64,000 nt of DNA, from the NCBI GenBank assembly GCA_963736705.1, contig CAVTPV010000005.1:1455056-1519055 (forward strand), written 5' to 3'. The first letter of the stretch is position 1; the number at the start of each line of letters is the position of its first letter. Positions 1 through 14,765 of the stretch are shown here, piece by piece. This DNA is from an uncultured Actinomycetota bacterium (GTDB lineage: Bacteria > Actinomycetota > Thermoleophilia > RBG-16-64-13). Made by a program: the position numbers and the translations under genes. Under the pieces are notes generated by a model. It ran no database searches. It was not told the DNA's origin and saw only the letters and a list, made by a program, of their open reading frames with translations.

Positions 1-350
1 AGGTCGACCGCTCGGCTGCCTATGCGGCCCGCTATGTCGCCAAGAACGTCGTGGCCGCCGGCCTGGCCGACCGCTGCGAAGTCCAGATCGCCTACGCCAT
101 CGGCGTGGCGCACCCGGTCAGCGTGATGGTCGACACCTTCGGCACCGAGAAGATCGATCCGAAGACCATCCAGGAACTGGTGCTCAGCCACTTCGACCTG
201 CGCCCGGCCGCCATCATCCGCGACCTCAGGCTGCTCCGGCCCATCTACGAGAAGACCGCCGCCTACGGCCACTTCGGCCGCGAAGACGCCGACTTCACGT
301 GGGAGAGCACGGACAAAGCGGCGGCGCTGCGGAGCGACGCGGGGCTGTAA
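1..350 (+). CDS. metK: S-adenosylmethionine synthetase, C-terminal fragment (5' end outside window)
   Basis: Translation reads ...[45 protein letters not shown]...AAYGHFGR, the conserved MetK C-terminal domain. Stop TAA at 348-350. Confidence 0.9.
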   Translation, partial: VDRSAAYAARYVAKNVVAAGLADRCEVQIAYAIGVAHPVSVMVDTFGTEKIDPKTIQELVLSHFDLRPAAIIRDLRLLRPIYEKTAAYGHFGREDADFTWESTDKAAALRSDAGL

Positions 351-404
351 CCGGTACCAGACGGCGACCGCCCTGGCGGGGCGACCTGGTAAGAGAGACA
401 CTAG

Positions 405-437
405 CGGGGCGGCAGCCGGACTACGGCTGCCGCCCCG
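405..437 (+). terminator. GC-rich perfect hairpin after metK (terminator-like, no U tract)
   Basis: CGGGGCGGCAGCC (405-417) pairs perfectly with GGCTGCCGCCCCG (425-437) around a 7-nt loop. It sits between the metK stop and the priA start. Confidence 0.45.
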
Positions 438-464
438 GCAACGTTCACGGACCTTGGAGGAGAG

Positions 465-2756
465 GTGACGCCCACCTTGACCGAGCATGACGGTCGCATA
501 GCCCGGGTGGTCCCTCTTCTCCGGCTGCACCATCTCGGCGACCGGCGGTTCGACTATGTCGTCCCCGAGACTCTGGCCGGCTCGGTCACCCGCGGCTCCA
601 TCGTCACCGTGCCGTTCGGCAAGCGCACGGTGCGCGCCGTCGTGCTCGAGGTGGCGCCGGCTGCCGACGCGGCGAGTGGGCCGGATGAGGATGGCCCCGG
701 CCCGGACGTCCCGGCGGCGGGGCTCAAGGCCGTCGAGGGCGTCCTGGAAGACGTCGTGCCGAGCGAACTCGTCGATCTGGCGGCCGCTCTCGCCGGTCGC
801 TACCTCTGCTCCCTGGAATCCTGTCTGCGACTGGTGACCCCGGTCGGGGCCGCGAGCGGCAAGACGGCGAAGGCTCCAGCCCGGAAAGACTACGTAGGCT
901 TGGCTTCCGAAGCCGGCCCGGACGCGGTGGCGGCGCTCACGAGCAAGCAGCGGGCCGTGCTGGAGGCCATCCCCGCCGGGGGTATCTCCAAGAAAGCGCT
1001 CTGTGAGCTCGCCGGAGTGGGGCGCGGCGTCCTGGTGACTCTGGAGAAGAAGGGGGTCATCGAGTCGAGAGTTGCAGGCCCGGACGACGCTCCGAACGGG
1101 GCACCGGAGCAACCGGGGGCGGTCCTCGCGGGCGGCGGCGCGGACGAACGTGGGGCGGAGCCTCGCCCCGTCCTGTGGCCCGAGCAAGAACAGGCGGTGG
1201 ACGCCCTCACTGCGGCGCTCGACGAGCCGGGCCTGTCGGAGCGGCTTCTCTGGGGGGTCACCGGGAGCGGCAAGACCGAGGTCTACCTGCGGATCATCGA
1301 ACACGCGCTGGCCACCGGGAGGGGAGCGATCCTGCTGGTGCCGGAGATCGCGCTGACACCGCAGACCATCCGGCGGGTCAAGGCCCGGTTCGGCGGCAGG
1401 GTGGGGGTGTTCCACAGCGGCTTGCCGCACAAGGCCCGGCTGAGCGAGTACCGGCGCGTGGCGGCGGGGGAGGCCCGTATCGTCGTGGGGGCCCGCTCGG
1501 CGGTCTTCGCTCCGGTGGCGGACCTGGGGCTGATCATCATCGACGAGTCGCATGACAACTCCTACAAGCAGGAGGAGGAGCCGCGCTACCGCGTGAAGAC
1601 CGTGGCCCAGTTGCGGCTGGCGGACCGGGGCGGGCTACTTCTGGAGGGCAGCGCCACACCGGCGGTGGAGAGCATGGCACGTCCCGAAGGGCGGCTGCGG
1701 CTTTCCCTGCGGGCGTCGGGCGCGCCGCCGGAGATCGAGGTGGTCGACATGAGGCGCCAGGGGGGCGGACTGCTGCTCGCCTCGCGTTCGCGGCAGGCCC
1801 TGGCGGAGGTGCTGCGGAGCGGCGAGCAGGCGATCATCCTGCTCAACCGCCGTGGATACGCTGGGTATGTACACTGCGAGACCTGTGGCCACGTGCTGAT
1901 GTGCTGCGACTGCGAGCTGTCCCTGACCTACCACCAAGGTGAGCGGCGGTTGCTCTGCCACCACTGCGGACGGGGCTATCCACAGCCGGCGGCCTGCCCG
2001 AAGTGCGGGGAGGCGCCGTTGACCCGGGCTTCGCCGGGCACGGAACGGCTGGACGCCGAACTCCGCACGCTGGTGCCGGGAGACCAGGTGTTCCGCATGG
2101 ACTCGGATGTCGTGGGAAGTGGTTCGCGCACTCAGGCCATCCTCGAGGCGTTCGGGGCGTCGCATCCAGGGGTCCTCGTGGGGACTCAGATGGTGGCCAA
2201 AGGGCACGACTTCCCCGATGTGACCCTGGTCATCGTCGCCGACGCGGATGTGGGGCTGTACGTCCCCGACTTCCGGGCGGCCGAGCGGACCTTCCAGTTG
2301 CTCACCCAGGTGGCGGGCCGGGCCGGGCGCGCGGAGCGCCCCGGCCGCGTGCTGGTGCAGACCTCCAACCCCGACGTCCCCTGCGTACGCATGGCCCTGG
2401 CCGGAGAGGAAGAGGCTTTCTACCAGGAGGAGCTGGCCAGTAGAGAGCGCCTGGGCTACCCGCCCTTCGCGGAACTCATCCGCCTGGTCACCTCGTCGCC
2501 GGACGCGCAGAAGGCACAGGCGGCGGGCCGGCATATCGTCGAGCGGCTGGCCGCGTATTTCCCGGCCACGGAGTTGCACGGCCCCGCTCCGCTACTGCGG
2601 CTGAGGGGGCGGAGCCGGTGGCAAGTGCTCGTGGCGGCGCGCCAAGGAGAACGGGCGCGGACTATAATAGGCAAGGCGCTGGAGCAGTTCGAAGAGCCGT
2701 ACCGGCGCCGGGGCGTCGTACTGTTGGCAGACGTCGATCCCTTATCATTCAGCTAG
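465..2756 (+). CDS. priA: primosomal protein N' (replication restart helicase PriA)
   Basis: Intact 763-aa ORF. Walker A VTGSGKTEVY, DExH-type IIIDESHD, and paired CxxC zinc motifs (CETCGH..CCDC, CHHCG..CPKCG). Confidence 0.9.
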   Translation: MTPTLTEHDGRIARVVPLLRLHHLGDRRFDYVVPETLAGSVTRGSIVTVPFGKRTVRAVVLEVAPAADAASGPDEDGPGPDVPAAGLKAVEGVLEDVVPSELVDLAAALAGRYLCSLESCLRLVTPVGAASGKTAKAPARKDYVGLASEAGPDAVAALTSKQRAVLEAIPAGGISKKALCELAGVGRGVLVTLEKKGVIESRVAGPDDAPNGAPEQPGAVLAGGGADERGAEPRPVLWPEQEQAVDALTAALDEPGLSERLLWGVTGSGKTEVYLRIIEHALATGRGAILLVPEIALTPQTIRRVKARFGGRVGVFHSGLPHKARLSEYRRVAAGEARIVVGARSAVFAPVADLGLIIIDESHDNSYKQEEEPRYRVKTVAQLRLADRGGLLLEGSATPAVESMARPEGRLRLSLRASGAPPEIEVVDMRRQGGGLLLASRSRQALAEVLRSGEQAIILLNRRGYAGYVHCETCGHVLMCCDCELSLTYHQGERRLLCHHCGRGYPQPAACPKCGEAPLTRASPGTERLDAELRTLVPGDQVFRMDSDVVGSGSRTQAILEAFGASHPGVLVGTQMVAKGHDFPDVTLVIVADADVGLYVPDFRAAERTFQLLTQVAGRAGRAERPGRVLVQTSNPDVPCVRMALAGEEEAFYQEELASRERLGYPPFAELIRLVTSSPDAQKAQAAGRHIVERLAAYFPATELHGPAPLLRLRGRSRWQVLVAARQGERARTIIGKALEQFEEPYRRRGVVLLADVDPLSFS

Positions 2757-2783
2757 GACCGTTCGAGGGGCAGATAGACCGCA

Positions 2784-3332
2784 ATGGCACGCAAAGACCG
2801 GCAGAAACAGCGCACTCCGAGCATCCCGCTCGAGCGGCTGCGCACCTTTGGTGACCCGGCTCTCAAACAGCCGACCAATGTCGTCACCGTGTTCGATTCC
2901 CGCCTGGAGCATCTGGCGGCCACCATGCTGGGCGTCATGCACCGGGAGGAAGGGGTCGGCTTGGCCGCGCCGCAGATAGGCGTGCTCAGCCGCGTCATCG
3001 TGTGGCGCCACCCCGACAACGACGATGAGGAATACGTGTTCGTCAATCCGCAGATCGTCTCGCGGTCGGACGAGTGCACTGTGGAGGGCGAGGGGTGCCT
3101 GTCGGTGCCCGGCTGCACGGTCGAAGTGGAGCGCGCCAACGACGTGGTGGTCACCGCTCAGGACGTGCGGGGGACGCCCCTCGAGATGGAGGCCTCCGGA
3201 TTGGTGGCCCGCATCATGCAGCACGAGATCGATCATCTGGACGGCCGGCTGATCCTCGATCGGGCGACTCCGGAGGAGCGGCGCCGGGTGCTCAAGGAAA
3301 TGCGCGAGCGAACGCTAGAGACGGGACTGTGA
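2784..3332 (+). CDS. def: peptide deformylase
   Basis: 182-aa ORF with the three deformylase motifs GLAAPQIG, EGCLSVPG and HEIDHLDG. Confidence 0.95.
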   Translation: MARKDRQKQRTPSIPLERLRTFGDPALKQPTNVVTVFDSRLEHLAATMLGVMHREEGVGLAAPQIGVLSRVIVWRHPDNDDEEYVFVNPQIVSRSDECTVEGEGCLSVPGCTVEVERANDVVVTAQDVRGTPLEMEASGLVARIMQHEIDHLDGRLILDRATPEERRRVLKEMRERTLETGL

Positions 3333-4320
3333 AGTTCGTCTTCGCAGGTTCTCCGGACTTCGCGGCCTGGACTCTCCGAGACCTGGTGGAGGTGGGCCGC
3401 AGTCCGAGCCTGGTCATCTCTCAGCCTGACCGCCCGGTGGGCCGGGGGAGGCGGGCGGCTTCACCACCGGCGGCGGTCGTTGCCCGGCGCCTCGGCTTGG
3501 ATCTGATCCAGCCGGCCGACATCAACGCCCCCGAAGTCATCGAAACACTCCGAGCCTCGGGCGCTGAGGTGCTCGTGGTCTCCGCCTTCGGCCAGATCCT
3601 GCAGAAGGAGCTTCTCGATTCCATCCTCTGCATCAACGTGCACGGCTCGCTGCTGCCCGCCTACCGGGGGGCGGCTCCCATCGAGCGGGCGCTGGCGGCG
3701 GGCGAGCCCTGCATCGGCGTCAGCATCATGCGGGTCGAACAGGCTTTGGACAGCGGTCCGTGGGCTCTGCAGACGTCCCTGTCGGTGAGCCTCTGGGACG
3801 ACGCCGGCTCCATCGGCCGCGCGCTGGCGTTCCTGGGCGCCCGGGGCGTCGACCAGGTGTTGACGGGCATCGAGGACGGCACGGTCGTCTGGACGGAGCA
3901 GGAGGGCTCTACACGGTGTATGCGGAGAAGCTCTGCGCCGAGGACTGCCTGCTCGATCTCGGCCGGCCTGCGCGCGTCGTGCACGACCAGGTCCGCTCTC
4001 TGAGCCCCCGCGTGGGTGCCCGGGTGTCGAGCGGAGGGTTCCCGTTCAAGGTCTGGCGTACCTGGCCCTACGGACAGCCTGGTCTCGCGCCGGTGCCGCC
4101 GGAGGCGGCGGTGGTGGCCGGGCGGCCGGGCGCGCTGGCAGCCCTCAAGACCAGGTTGTTCGCGGGCTGCGCCGAGGGCGCTGTGGAACTGCTCAGCATC
4201 CAGCCCGACGGCAAGAGTCAGATGACCGCCGCGGAGTTCCTTCGGGGCTACCGCGCCAGGCTGGGTCCGGAGATGACCGCGCCGACGGCCGGGTGCGAAC
4301 CCGCCGCGCCGGCCGAGTAG
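3329..4320 (+). pseudogene. fmt: methionyl-tRNA formyltransferase, one frame break as sequenced (~3905)
   Basis: GTG at 3329 overlaps the def stop. N-terminal VKFVFAGSPDFA..HGSLLPAYRGAAPIERAL is in one frame. The C-terminal LYTVYAEKL..SIQPDGKSQMTAAEFLRGY continues in the frame of ORF 3760..4320. Confidence 0.85.
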
Positions 4321-4341
4321 AGTCGAGCGAGGGGAGAAGGC

Positions 4342-5037
4342 GTGTCCGTCCCGACAGCGGCATACCGGGAACTGCATCTGCTGCCGTCCGTCCTTTCGGC
4401 GGATTTCGCGCGCCTGGGCGACGACATCGCCCGGGTGATGGACGCGGGCGTCCGGGTCATCCACTGCGACGTCATGGATGGGCACTTCGTCCCCAACATC
4501 ACGTTCGGTCCGGCGGTCGTCGCCGCGATAGCTCCCGCGGTCCACGCGCGCGGCGGGCTCCTCTCGGTCCACCTCATGATCGAGCATCCCGAGAGGTTCA
4601 TGGAGGATTTCGCGCAGGCCGGCTCCGACGTCCTGAGCGTCCACGCCGAGGCGTGTCCTCAGCTCTATCACGCTGTGGAGGCCATCAAGGGCCTGGGCAT
4701 GGGCGCAGGGGTGGCCATCAACCCGGGGACGCACGCATCCGCCGTGAGAGACGTGGCTTCGCTCGTGGACATGGTCCTGGTGATGACGGTCAACCCCGGG
4801 TTCGGCGGCCAGAAGCTCATACCCGCCGCCCTGCGCAAGGTGCCGGTCATCAGAGAGATGATCCGCCCGGAAGCCGCCATCGAACTCGATGGGGGGGTGA
4901 ACCGCGCCAACATCCGCCAGGTGGTGGAGATGGGCGCCAACTGGATCGTCGCCGGTTCGGCCGTCTTCGGGGCCGAGGACCCGGCGGCCGAAGCCCGTGT
5001 GCTGCAGAGCCTCATGGCCGGCGGCGTCGCGGACTGA
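4342..5037 (+). CDS. rpe: ribulose-phosphate 3-epimerase
   Basis: Intact 231-aa ORF: PSVLSADFARLGDDI..HCDVMDGHFVPNITFGP..MTVNPGFGGQK. SD-like GGGGAGAAGG lies upstream of the GTG. Confidence 0.92.
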   Translation: MSVPTAAYRELHLLPSVLSADFARLGDDIARVMDAGVRVIHCDVMDGHFVPNITFGPAVVAAIAPAVHARGGLLSVHLMIEHPERFMEDFAQAGSDVLSVHAEACPQLYHAVEAIKGLGMGAGVAINPGTHASAVRDVASLVDMVLVMTVNPGFGGQKLIPAALRKVPVIREMIRPEAAIELDGGVNRANIRQVVEMGANWIVAGSAVFGAEDPAAEARVLQSLMAGGVAD

Positions 5038-5120
5038 GCGGTCGCCCATGCCGCTCCGTGGCAGCGCCGGTCGCGGTGTGCTAGATTCTTCCCTGCACCT
5101 GCGGGTGCGAACGGATAATT

Positions 5121-5231
5121 GGTCTTCGGGGTCGGGTGAGATTCCCTACCGGCGGTTATAGCCCGCGAGCCCTTTGGGGCAGACCAGGTGAGATCCCTGG
5201 GCCGACAGTACAGTCTGGAAGAGAGAAGACC
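5121..5231 (+). promoter_or_regulatory. FMN riboswitch (RFN element) aptamer
   Basis: P1 GGTCTTC (5121-5127) pairs with GAAGACC (5225-5231). Conserved cores GGGTGAGATTCCCTACCGGCGGTTATAGCCCGCGAGCC and CCAGGTGAGATCCCTGGGCCGACAGTACAGTCTGGAAGAGAGAAG. Lies directly upstream of ribD. Confidence 0.85.
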
Positions 5232-5256
5232 GGAGCGTAGCTTGTCGCTCTGCCGA

Positions 5257-5287
5257 CCCCTGGGCCATGAGGCTGAGGGGTTTTTTG
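5257..5287 (+). terminator. riboswitch expression platform: terminator hairpin plus T6 that also buries the ribD SD
   Basis: CCCCT(5257-5261)...AGGGG(5276-5280) stem followed by TTTTTT (5281-5286). The 3' arm GAGGGG is the only SD-like sequence before the in-frame TTG at 5288. Confidence 0.6.
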
Positions 5288-6468
5288 TTGGCCATAGACC
5301 CGCATGACGTCTTGATGCTCGAACGGGCCTTCTCCCTGGCGGAGAGGGGTCGAGGCTGCACCAGCCCGAACCCGGTCGTGGGCGCCGTCATCGTGAGGGA
5401 CGCGCAGGTCATCGGCGAGGGATACCATGTGGGTCCCGGACGGGACCATGCCGAGATCGCCGCCATGAAGGATGCGCTGCGCCGCACAGGGGTGGCTGCG
5501 CCGGCGGATTCGCCCCTGGACGCGGAGGCCGCGCGGGCGGTGTGCGAAGGCGCCACCATCTACGTCACCCTGGAACCCTGCTGCACCTTCGGCCGCACTC
5601 CTCCGTGCACGAGCGCTCTTGGTCGCGGCGCGTTTCGCCCGCGTGGTGGTGGGCGCGATCGACCCGAGCCCCGGCGTGAACGGCAAGGGCATCGGCATCG
5701 TCCGGCAGGCGGGAGTGGCCGTGGACTTGGCGGAGGGCGACCTGGCCCGACGGATGAAGCGCCAGAACGACGGGCTGCGCAAGACGGTCGCCACCGGACT
5801 GCCGTTCGTCACGTACAAGTACGCCATGACCGCGGACGGCCGCCTGGCCACCGACACCGGCGATTCCCGCTGGATATCGAGCGCTGAGAGCAGGTTGGCT
5901 GGTCCATCAGTGGCGGGCGTGGAGCGACGCCGTCGTGGTGGGCGCGGGCACGGCCCGGACGGACGATCCTCTGCTGACCGCGCGGGACGTCGAGCGCTGC
6001 CGGCAGCCTCTGCGGGTGGTGGTGGGAAGGGCGGAAGACCTTCCGGCCGAGAGCGCCCTGGTACGCAGCGTGGCCGAGGGCCCGGTGCTGGTGGTCGGCG
6101 GCGATCCCACCGAGGACGAGGCGGCGATGAGGCTCCGCGGGAGCGGGGTGGAGGTGGTCACGGTCGCCTGCGGGCCGGACGGCCGCCCCGAACCGCGGGC
6201 GGTCGCCCACTGCTCGCCGCGCGCGGAGTGCAGACGGTCCTGCTGGAAGGCGGCCGCAGGCTGGCCGGCGCCTGGTGGGACGCGGGGCTTATCGACAAGG
6301 TCGCGTGCTTCCTGTGCCCCAAGGTGGCGCCCGGCACCGAGCATCGCGGGGCATTGCTGGCGGGCGGTCCGGCTACTCATGGGGGACGCCCTGGCGCTGC
6401 GGGAGGTACAGGTGCGGCAGTGCGGCCCTGACGTGCTCATGACCGGCTACACGGGGGATGTGTACTGA
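5288..6468 (+). pseudogene. ribD: bifunctional riboflavin deaminase/reductase RibD, at least 4 frame breaks as sequenced (~5615, ~5898, ~6195, ~6370)
   Basis: Segments alternate between two frames: CTSPNPVVGAVIV..HAEI..YVTLEPC..GRTPPC, RVVVGAIDPSPGVNGKGI..TYKYAMTADGRLA, VVVGAGTARTDDPLLTAR, VQTVLLEGGRRLAG. The start is uncertain (TTG 5288 or ATG 5315). Confidence 0.85.
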
Positions 6469-7168
6469 TGTTCACGGGTCTCATCGAAGAGGTGGGGGTC
6501 GTCCGGCGTCTGGAGCGGGGCCCGGCGGGCGGCAAGCTCAGCGTGCGGGCCCGCACCGTGCTGGAGGGCACCAAGATCGGGGACTCCATCGCCGTGAGCG
6601 GCGCGTGCCTCACGGTGATCGCACTGGACGGGGACGGCTTCGTGGTGGAGTGCATGCCCGAGACGCTCGCTCGGACCACGCATCGGCCAGGCGGGGCCCG
6701 GGGCGCTCGTCAACCTGGAGCGCGCGCTGCGCTGGGGGGACCGGCTGGGCGGCCATCTGGTGCTGGGGCACGTGGACGGCGTCGGAGAGGTGCTCGGCGT
6801 CCGGCAGGCGGGGATCGCCTGGGAGGTACGGGTCTCCCTGCCCGAGGAGTTGCGCGGAGCGGTGGCCGGCAAGGGGTCGGTGGCCATCGACGGCATCTCG
6901 CTCACGGTGATCCGCGTCGACGGGGAGGCGTTCGAGGTGGGCATCATCCCGCACACCATGAAGGAGACGACCCTGCGGGCCGTCAAGGCGGGCATGCGGG
7001 TCAATCTGGAGGCGGACGTCCTGGCCAGGTACGTGCTGCAGTCCCTGCAGGCGTTGGCGGGGGCGGGAGGCGCGGCCTCCGGTCTGGCTGAGGTGTTGGG
7101 CACGGGCAGGCGCCGCCGCGGGCGGCGGCCTCACAGAGGAGTTTCTACGCGAACAAGGGTTCGCTTGA
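6468..7168 (+). pseudogene. ribE: riboflavin synthase alpha chain, 2 frame breaks as sequenced (~6690, ~7090)
   Basis: [23 protein letters not shown], then [36 protein letters not shown] in a second frame. A third frame gives the C-terminus ..[10 protein letters not shown] with stop at 7166-7168. ATG overlaps the ribD stop (TGATG). Confidence 0.8.
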
Positions 7169-7185
7169 CAGGAGGATCGCACAGC

Positions 7186-8453
<1,268 letters not shown>

Positions 8454-8463
8454 CAAGGGGCGG

Positions 8464-8931
<468 letters not shown>

Positions 8932-9016
8932 GGGAGTGGAGCGGTCGGGCGACTGACCGGCTCCGCTGCCGGCCGGGTCAGAGGATCACCGGCCGGCGGG
9001 GAGAGAGGTCAGAAGC

Positions 9017-9208
9017 CTAGGCGACTTTCGTGACCTTGTGGGCTTTGAGGCACTTGGCGCAGACGTAGGCCCGGGTCGGCATGCCGTTGACCTGGATGCG
9101 GACCTTCTGCACATTGGGGTCCCAGCGCCGCGGGGTCGCGCGCATGGAGTGGCTACGGTTGTTGCCGAAGCTGGGCTTCTTGCCGCATATGACGCACACT
9201 TTGGACAT
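9017..9208 (-). CDS. rpmB: 50S ribosomal protein L28
   Basis: 63-aa ORF MSKVCVICGKKPSFGNNRSHSMRATPRRWDPNVQKVRI..., a canonical L28 sequence. Confidence 0.95.
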   Translation of the reverse strand: MSKVCVICGKKPSFGNNRSHSMRATPRRWDPNVQKVRIQVNGMPTRAYVCAKCLKAHKVTKVA

Positions 9209-9312
9209 GTGGAACTCACTCTTTGTTCAAGGTTTTCACCACGCGAGTGCCATAGTATGACGCAAAGCCGGCCCCCTGGCAAGATGGCGGTCTGGCCGTC
9301 CATGCGGTAGGG

Positions 9313-9318
9313 TATAGT
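9313..9318 (+). promoter_or_regulatory. -10-like TATAGT upstream of the DUF1858 gene
   Basis: TATAGT lies 34 nt upstream of the ATG at 9352, which is preceded by SD GGGGAGGAG. It is in the divergent rpmB/DUF1858 intergenic region. Confidence 0.3.
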
Positions 9319-9351
9319 ACCTGAGTGGTCGAACGCGCGATCGGGGAGGAG

Positions 9352-9567
9352 ATGGCCATCTTTACCAAGGACATGTCGATGATGGAGGCCCTGCAGGCCG
9401 ACCCGCGCGCCAAGGACGTCTTCGCAGCCTACGGCATGGGTTGCATCGGCTGCATGGGTGTCAGCATGGAGTCCGTCGAGGACGGCGCCAAGATGCACGG
9501 CATCGATCCCAACGCTGTCGTCGCCGAGCTCAACAAGCTCGTTCCACTGGAGTCTCCAGAGGCATGA
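9352..9567 (+). CDS. DUF1858-type small redox-disulfide domain protein
   Basis: MAIFTKDMSMMEAL..YGMGCIGCMGVSMESVEDGAKMHGIDPNAVVAELN matches the DUF1858 / hybrid-cluster-associated pattern with its CxxC. The stop overlaps the next start (ATGA). Confidence 0.7.
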   Translation: MAIFTKDMSMMEALQADPRAKDVFAAYGMGCIGCMGVSMESVEDGAKMHGIDPNAVVAELNKLVPLESPEA

Positions 9568-9956
9568 GCGAATACGGGGGCGCACACGTGGTAGGTGCTC
9601 CCGGGGCCCGAGACGGAGCCATCGGCGGCCACCTCAACATCACCGATCGAGCCATCGCCGACATCGTCGGCTGGACCGTTCTCGAATGCTACGGCGTCGT
9701 GGGCATGGCTTCGCCCAGCCTGCGCCAGGGCGTGGCTTCTCTCCTCACTCGCGACCGTCTGCACCAGGGCATCAAGGTGGAGCAAGCGGCCGACCAAGTC
9801 CGCATCAAGCTGTACATCATCGTCGAGTACGGGCTGAACGTCGCCGAGGTGGCGGGCAACGTACGTTCGCAGGTGGCCTACAACGTCGAGAAGATGACCG
9901 GCAGGCCGGTGAGCGGTCTGCACATCTACGTGCAAGGGGTCAGGCTTGGGGAGTAA
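9564..9956 (+). CDS. Asp23/Gls24 family envelope stress protein
   Basis: ITDRAIADIVGWTVLECYGVVGMAS...VRIKLYIIVEYGLNVAEVAGNVRSQVAYNVEKMTG is typical of Asp23. It sits in the usual position upstream of the DAK2 gene. Confidence 0.85.
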   Translation: MSEYGGAHVVGAPGARDGAIGGHLNITDRAIADIVGWTVLECYGVVGMASPSLRQGVASLLTRDRLHQGIKVEQAADQVRIKLYIIVEYGLNVAEVAGNVRSQVAYNVEKMTGRPVSGLHIYVQGVRLGE

Positions 9957-11591
9957 CGCGGAAGGCTCGCTCACCGTTGCACGGGCTCGGGAACTGCTCG
10001 CCGGCGGCTTTGCCGCTCTGGAGGAGCGCAAGCAGGAGATCAACGATCTCAACGTCTACCCCGTGCCCGACGGCGACACGGGGACCAACCTGACCCTCAC
10101 CGTCAGAGGCATGGCGGAGTCCCTTTCCAAACTGCCGGAGGACCTTTCCGGGCCGGACGTGTGCTCCGCCATCTCACAGGCGGCCCTCATGGGCGCCCGC
10201 GGCAACAGCGGGGTCATCCTCTCGCAGATCGTGCGCGGGGCCATGGAGGTCCTGGGGCAGGAAGGGCCGGTCACGCAGGACGTGCTCACCCAGGCCCTCT
10301 GCCGCGCCACGGACACCGCCTATCGTGCGGTGCGCAGGCCGGTGGAAGGCACCATGCTCACCGTGCTTCGCGAGATGGCGGAGGCCGCCACCCAGGCGTC
10401 CGACGCCGCGGACCTGCGCCAGTTCTTGAGCGCGGTCGTCGCTGCCGGCTGGAAGAGCGTGGAGAGGACCCCCACGCTGCTGAAAGTGCTCGCCGACGCG
10501 GGTGTGGTCGACGCGGGGGGCTTCGGCCTGGTGGTGCTGGTGGAAGGGACAGCCAACGGCCACGCAGGAGCGAAGACGGTCATCGCCACTCACTTCACCC
10601 AACCCGTCTTGCCGGCGCCGGCGCCCGAGGAGGAGCCCGAGGAAGAGGACAGCCAGTTCACCTACTGCACCAGCTTCCTGCTCACCGGCCACGGGCTGGA
10701 TAAGGACTCACTCGAGCAGGAACTCGGCCGGCTGGGGGACAGCCTGCTGGTGGTAGGCGACGACACGCAGATCAAGGTGCACGTGCACACCGACGAACCG
10801 GGCACGGTCATCGGTATCGCCGGGGCGCTCGGGGTCTTGACCGAGATCGAGATCGACAACATGAACGAGCAGAAGGCCGCTCGCGACCGCGCGCTTGGCT
10901 CAGCCGGTGCAGACGCAGCCTCCTGTGGACGCGGGCCTCACTCAGGTGGTGGCGGTGGTGGCCGGAGAGGGCAACAAGGCGCTCTTCCGGGATCTGGGCG
11001 TCGACCTCATCGTCGAGGGCGGGCAGTCCATGAACCCATCCACCGAAGACATCATGCGCGCCGTCGAGAAAGCGGCCGCTCCCTCGGTGATAGTCCTCCC
11101 CAACAACGGCAACGTCATCATGACGGCGGACCAGACGGTCGGGCTCACCGACCGGGAGGTCTTCGTGGTGCCCAGCCGGTCCATCCAGGCGGGGCTCAGC
11201 GCCGCGGTGGTGTTCGACAAACGCCGGCCCGGGCGCCGAGAACGCCAAGGAGATGCGCTCGGCGGTCGAAGGCGTGGCCACGGCGGAGATCACCCGGGCG
11301 GTGCGCGATTCGCTGGTCGACGGCGTGCAGGTGAAGGCCGCCGATTTCATCGGACTCATCGACGATAGGGTCATCGTGGCGGCGGCGGAACTGGAACCGG
11401 TGATCGACGACGTCGTCGCCCGGTTGCTAGACGGCGGGCGGGGATTGCTGACCGCGCTCATCGGTGATGAGGACAACGCGGGCCGGGCCGTCGCGGCGCT
11501 CGAGTCGTTGCGGCAGAAGTACCCGTCGGTAGAGATCGACCTCCACGAGGGCGGGCAGCCTTTCTATCCCGTCCTGCTTTCCGCGGAGTAG
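9946..11591 (+). pseudogene. fakA: DAK2-domain protein (YloV / fatty-acid kinase FakA type), 2 frame breaks as sequenced (~10890, ~11225)
   Basis: INDLNVYPVPDGDTGTNL..GARGNSGVILSQ (DAK2 domain). The C-terminal part, VVAVVAGEGNKALF..IVEGGQSMNPS and EIDLHEGGQPFYPVLLSAE, is in other frames. A DegV gene is adjacent. Confidence 0.8.
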
Positions 11592-11630
11592 CCACAGCCC
11601 CGTTCATCTGCGCGAAAAGAGGGGGACGAG

Positions 11631-12486
11631 ATGATCGTCGATCGGACCACCACCGCCATCGTCGTCGATTCCACAGCGGACCTGCCGGACTATCTGGCAA
11701 ACGACCCCAGCATCACCACGGTGCCGCTGACCGTGTACTTCGGGGAAGAGGCCCTGCTCGACTGGGTGGATCTCAAGCCGGAGGAGTTCTACGACAGACT
11801 CCAGAACGGTCCCGTGCTGCCCCGGACGTCGCAGCCGTCGGCCGGCGCTTTCCTGGACGTGTACAAAGCGCTCCGCGAGAAGTACGAGCGCGTCTACTCG
11901 GTCCATCTGAGCGGCAAGTTCAGCGGCACGGTGGCCAGCGCTGAGGTGGCCGCCGGACCAGATCGACGGCATCCGGGTGGTCGACTCGGAATTGGCCACG
12001 GGCGGCATCGCCCTGCTCGTCGCCCGGCTCATGGACCGCCTCGATAGGGGGATTCCCGAGGAGGAGTTCGAGGCGTACATCGCCAAGTTCCTGAAAGAGA
12101 AGACCTTCTACTTCCTGCCGACCACCCTCGAGTTCCTCTACAAGGGGGGCCGGATCGGCAAGGCGTCGCATCTGGTGGGGACGCTCCTCAACATCAGGCC
12201 GGTGCTGATCATCGACGAGGGGGTCATCGACGTCTACAAGAAGGTGCGCGGACTGCCCCAGGCCTTGGAGATGATGCGCGACGGCCTCGTGGAGAAGACC
12301 ACCCCCGGCAGCCCGGTGTACGTCAGCCTGTCCCACGCGTCTCAACCTGCCGGTGCTTGAGCAGTTGCGCGCGCTCATCGACGGGATCCAGGATCGGGAT
12401 ATCCACATCCAGCCATACAGCATCGTCGGTCCGGTCATCGGCACGTACGTCGGTCCGGGCGCCGTAGCCCTCGGTTTCATCCAGGA

Positions 12487-12490
<4 letters not shown>
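11631..12490 (+). pseudogene. fakB: DegV family fatty-acid-binding protein (FakB type), 2 frame breaks as sequenced (~11955, ~12335)
   Basis: TAIVVDSTADLP..PRTSQPSAGAFLDVY..VYSVHLSGKFSGT, then FYFLPTTLEFLYKGGRIGKA, then VGPVIGTYVGPGAVALGFIQE in a third frame. Confidence 0.8.

Positions 12491-14761
<2,271 letters not shown>

Positions 14762-14765
<4 letters not shown>

Noticed and set aside
8932-9016. Imperfect palindromes between ribH and rpmB (GGAGCGGTC..GACCGGCTCC, CCGGCCGG..CCGGCCGG)
   Set aside because: They are plausibly a bidirectional terminator, but the stems are bulged and there is no U tract. I did not list them as a feature.
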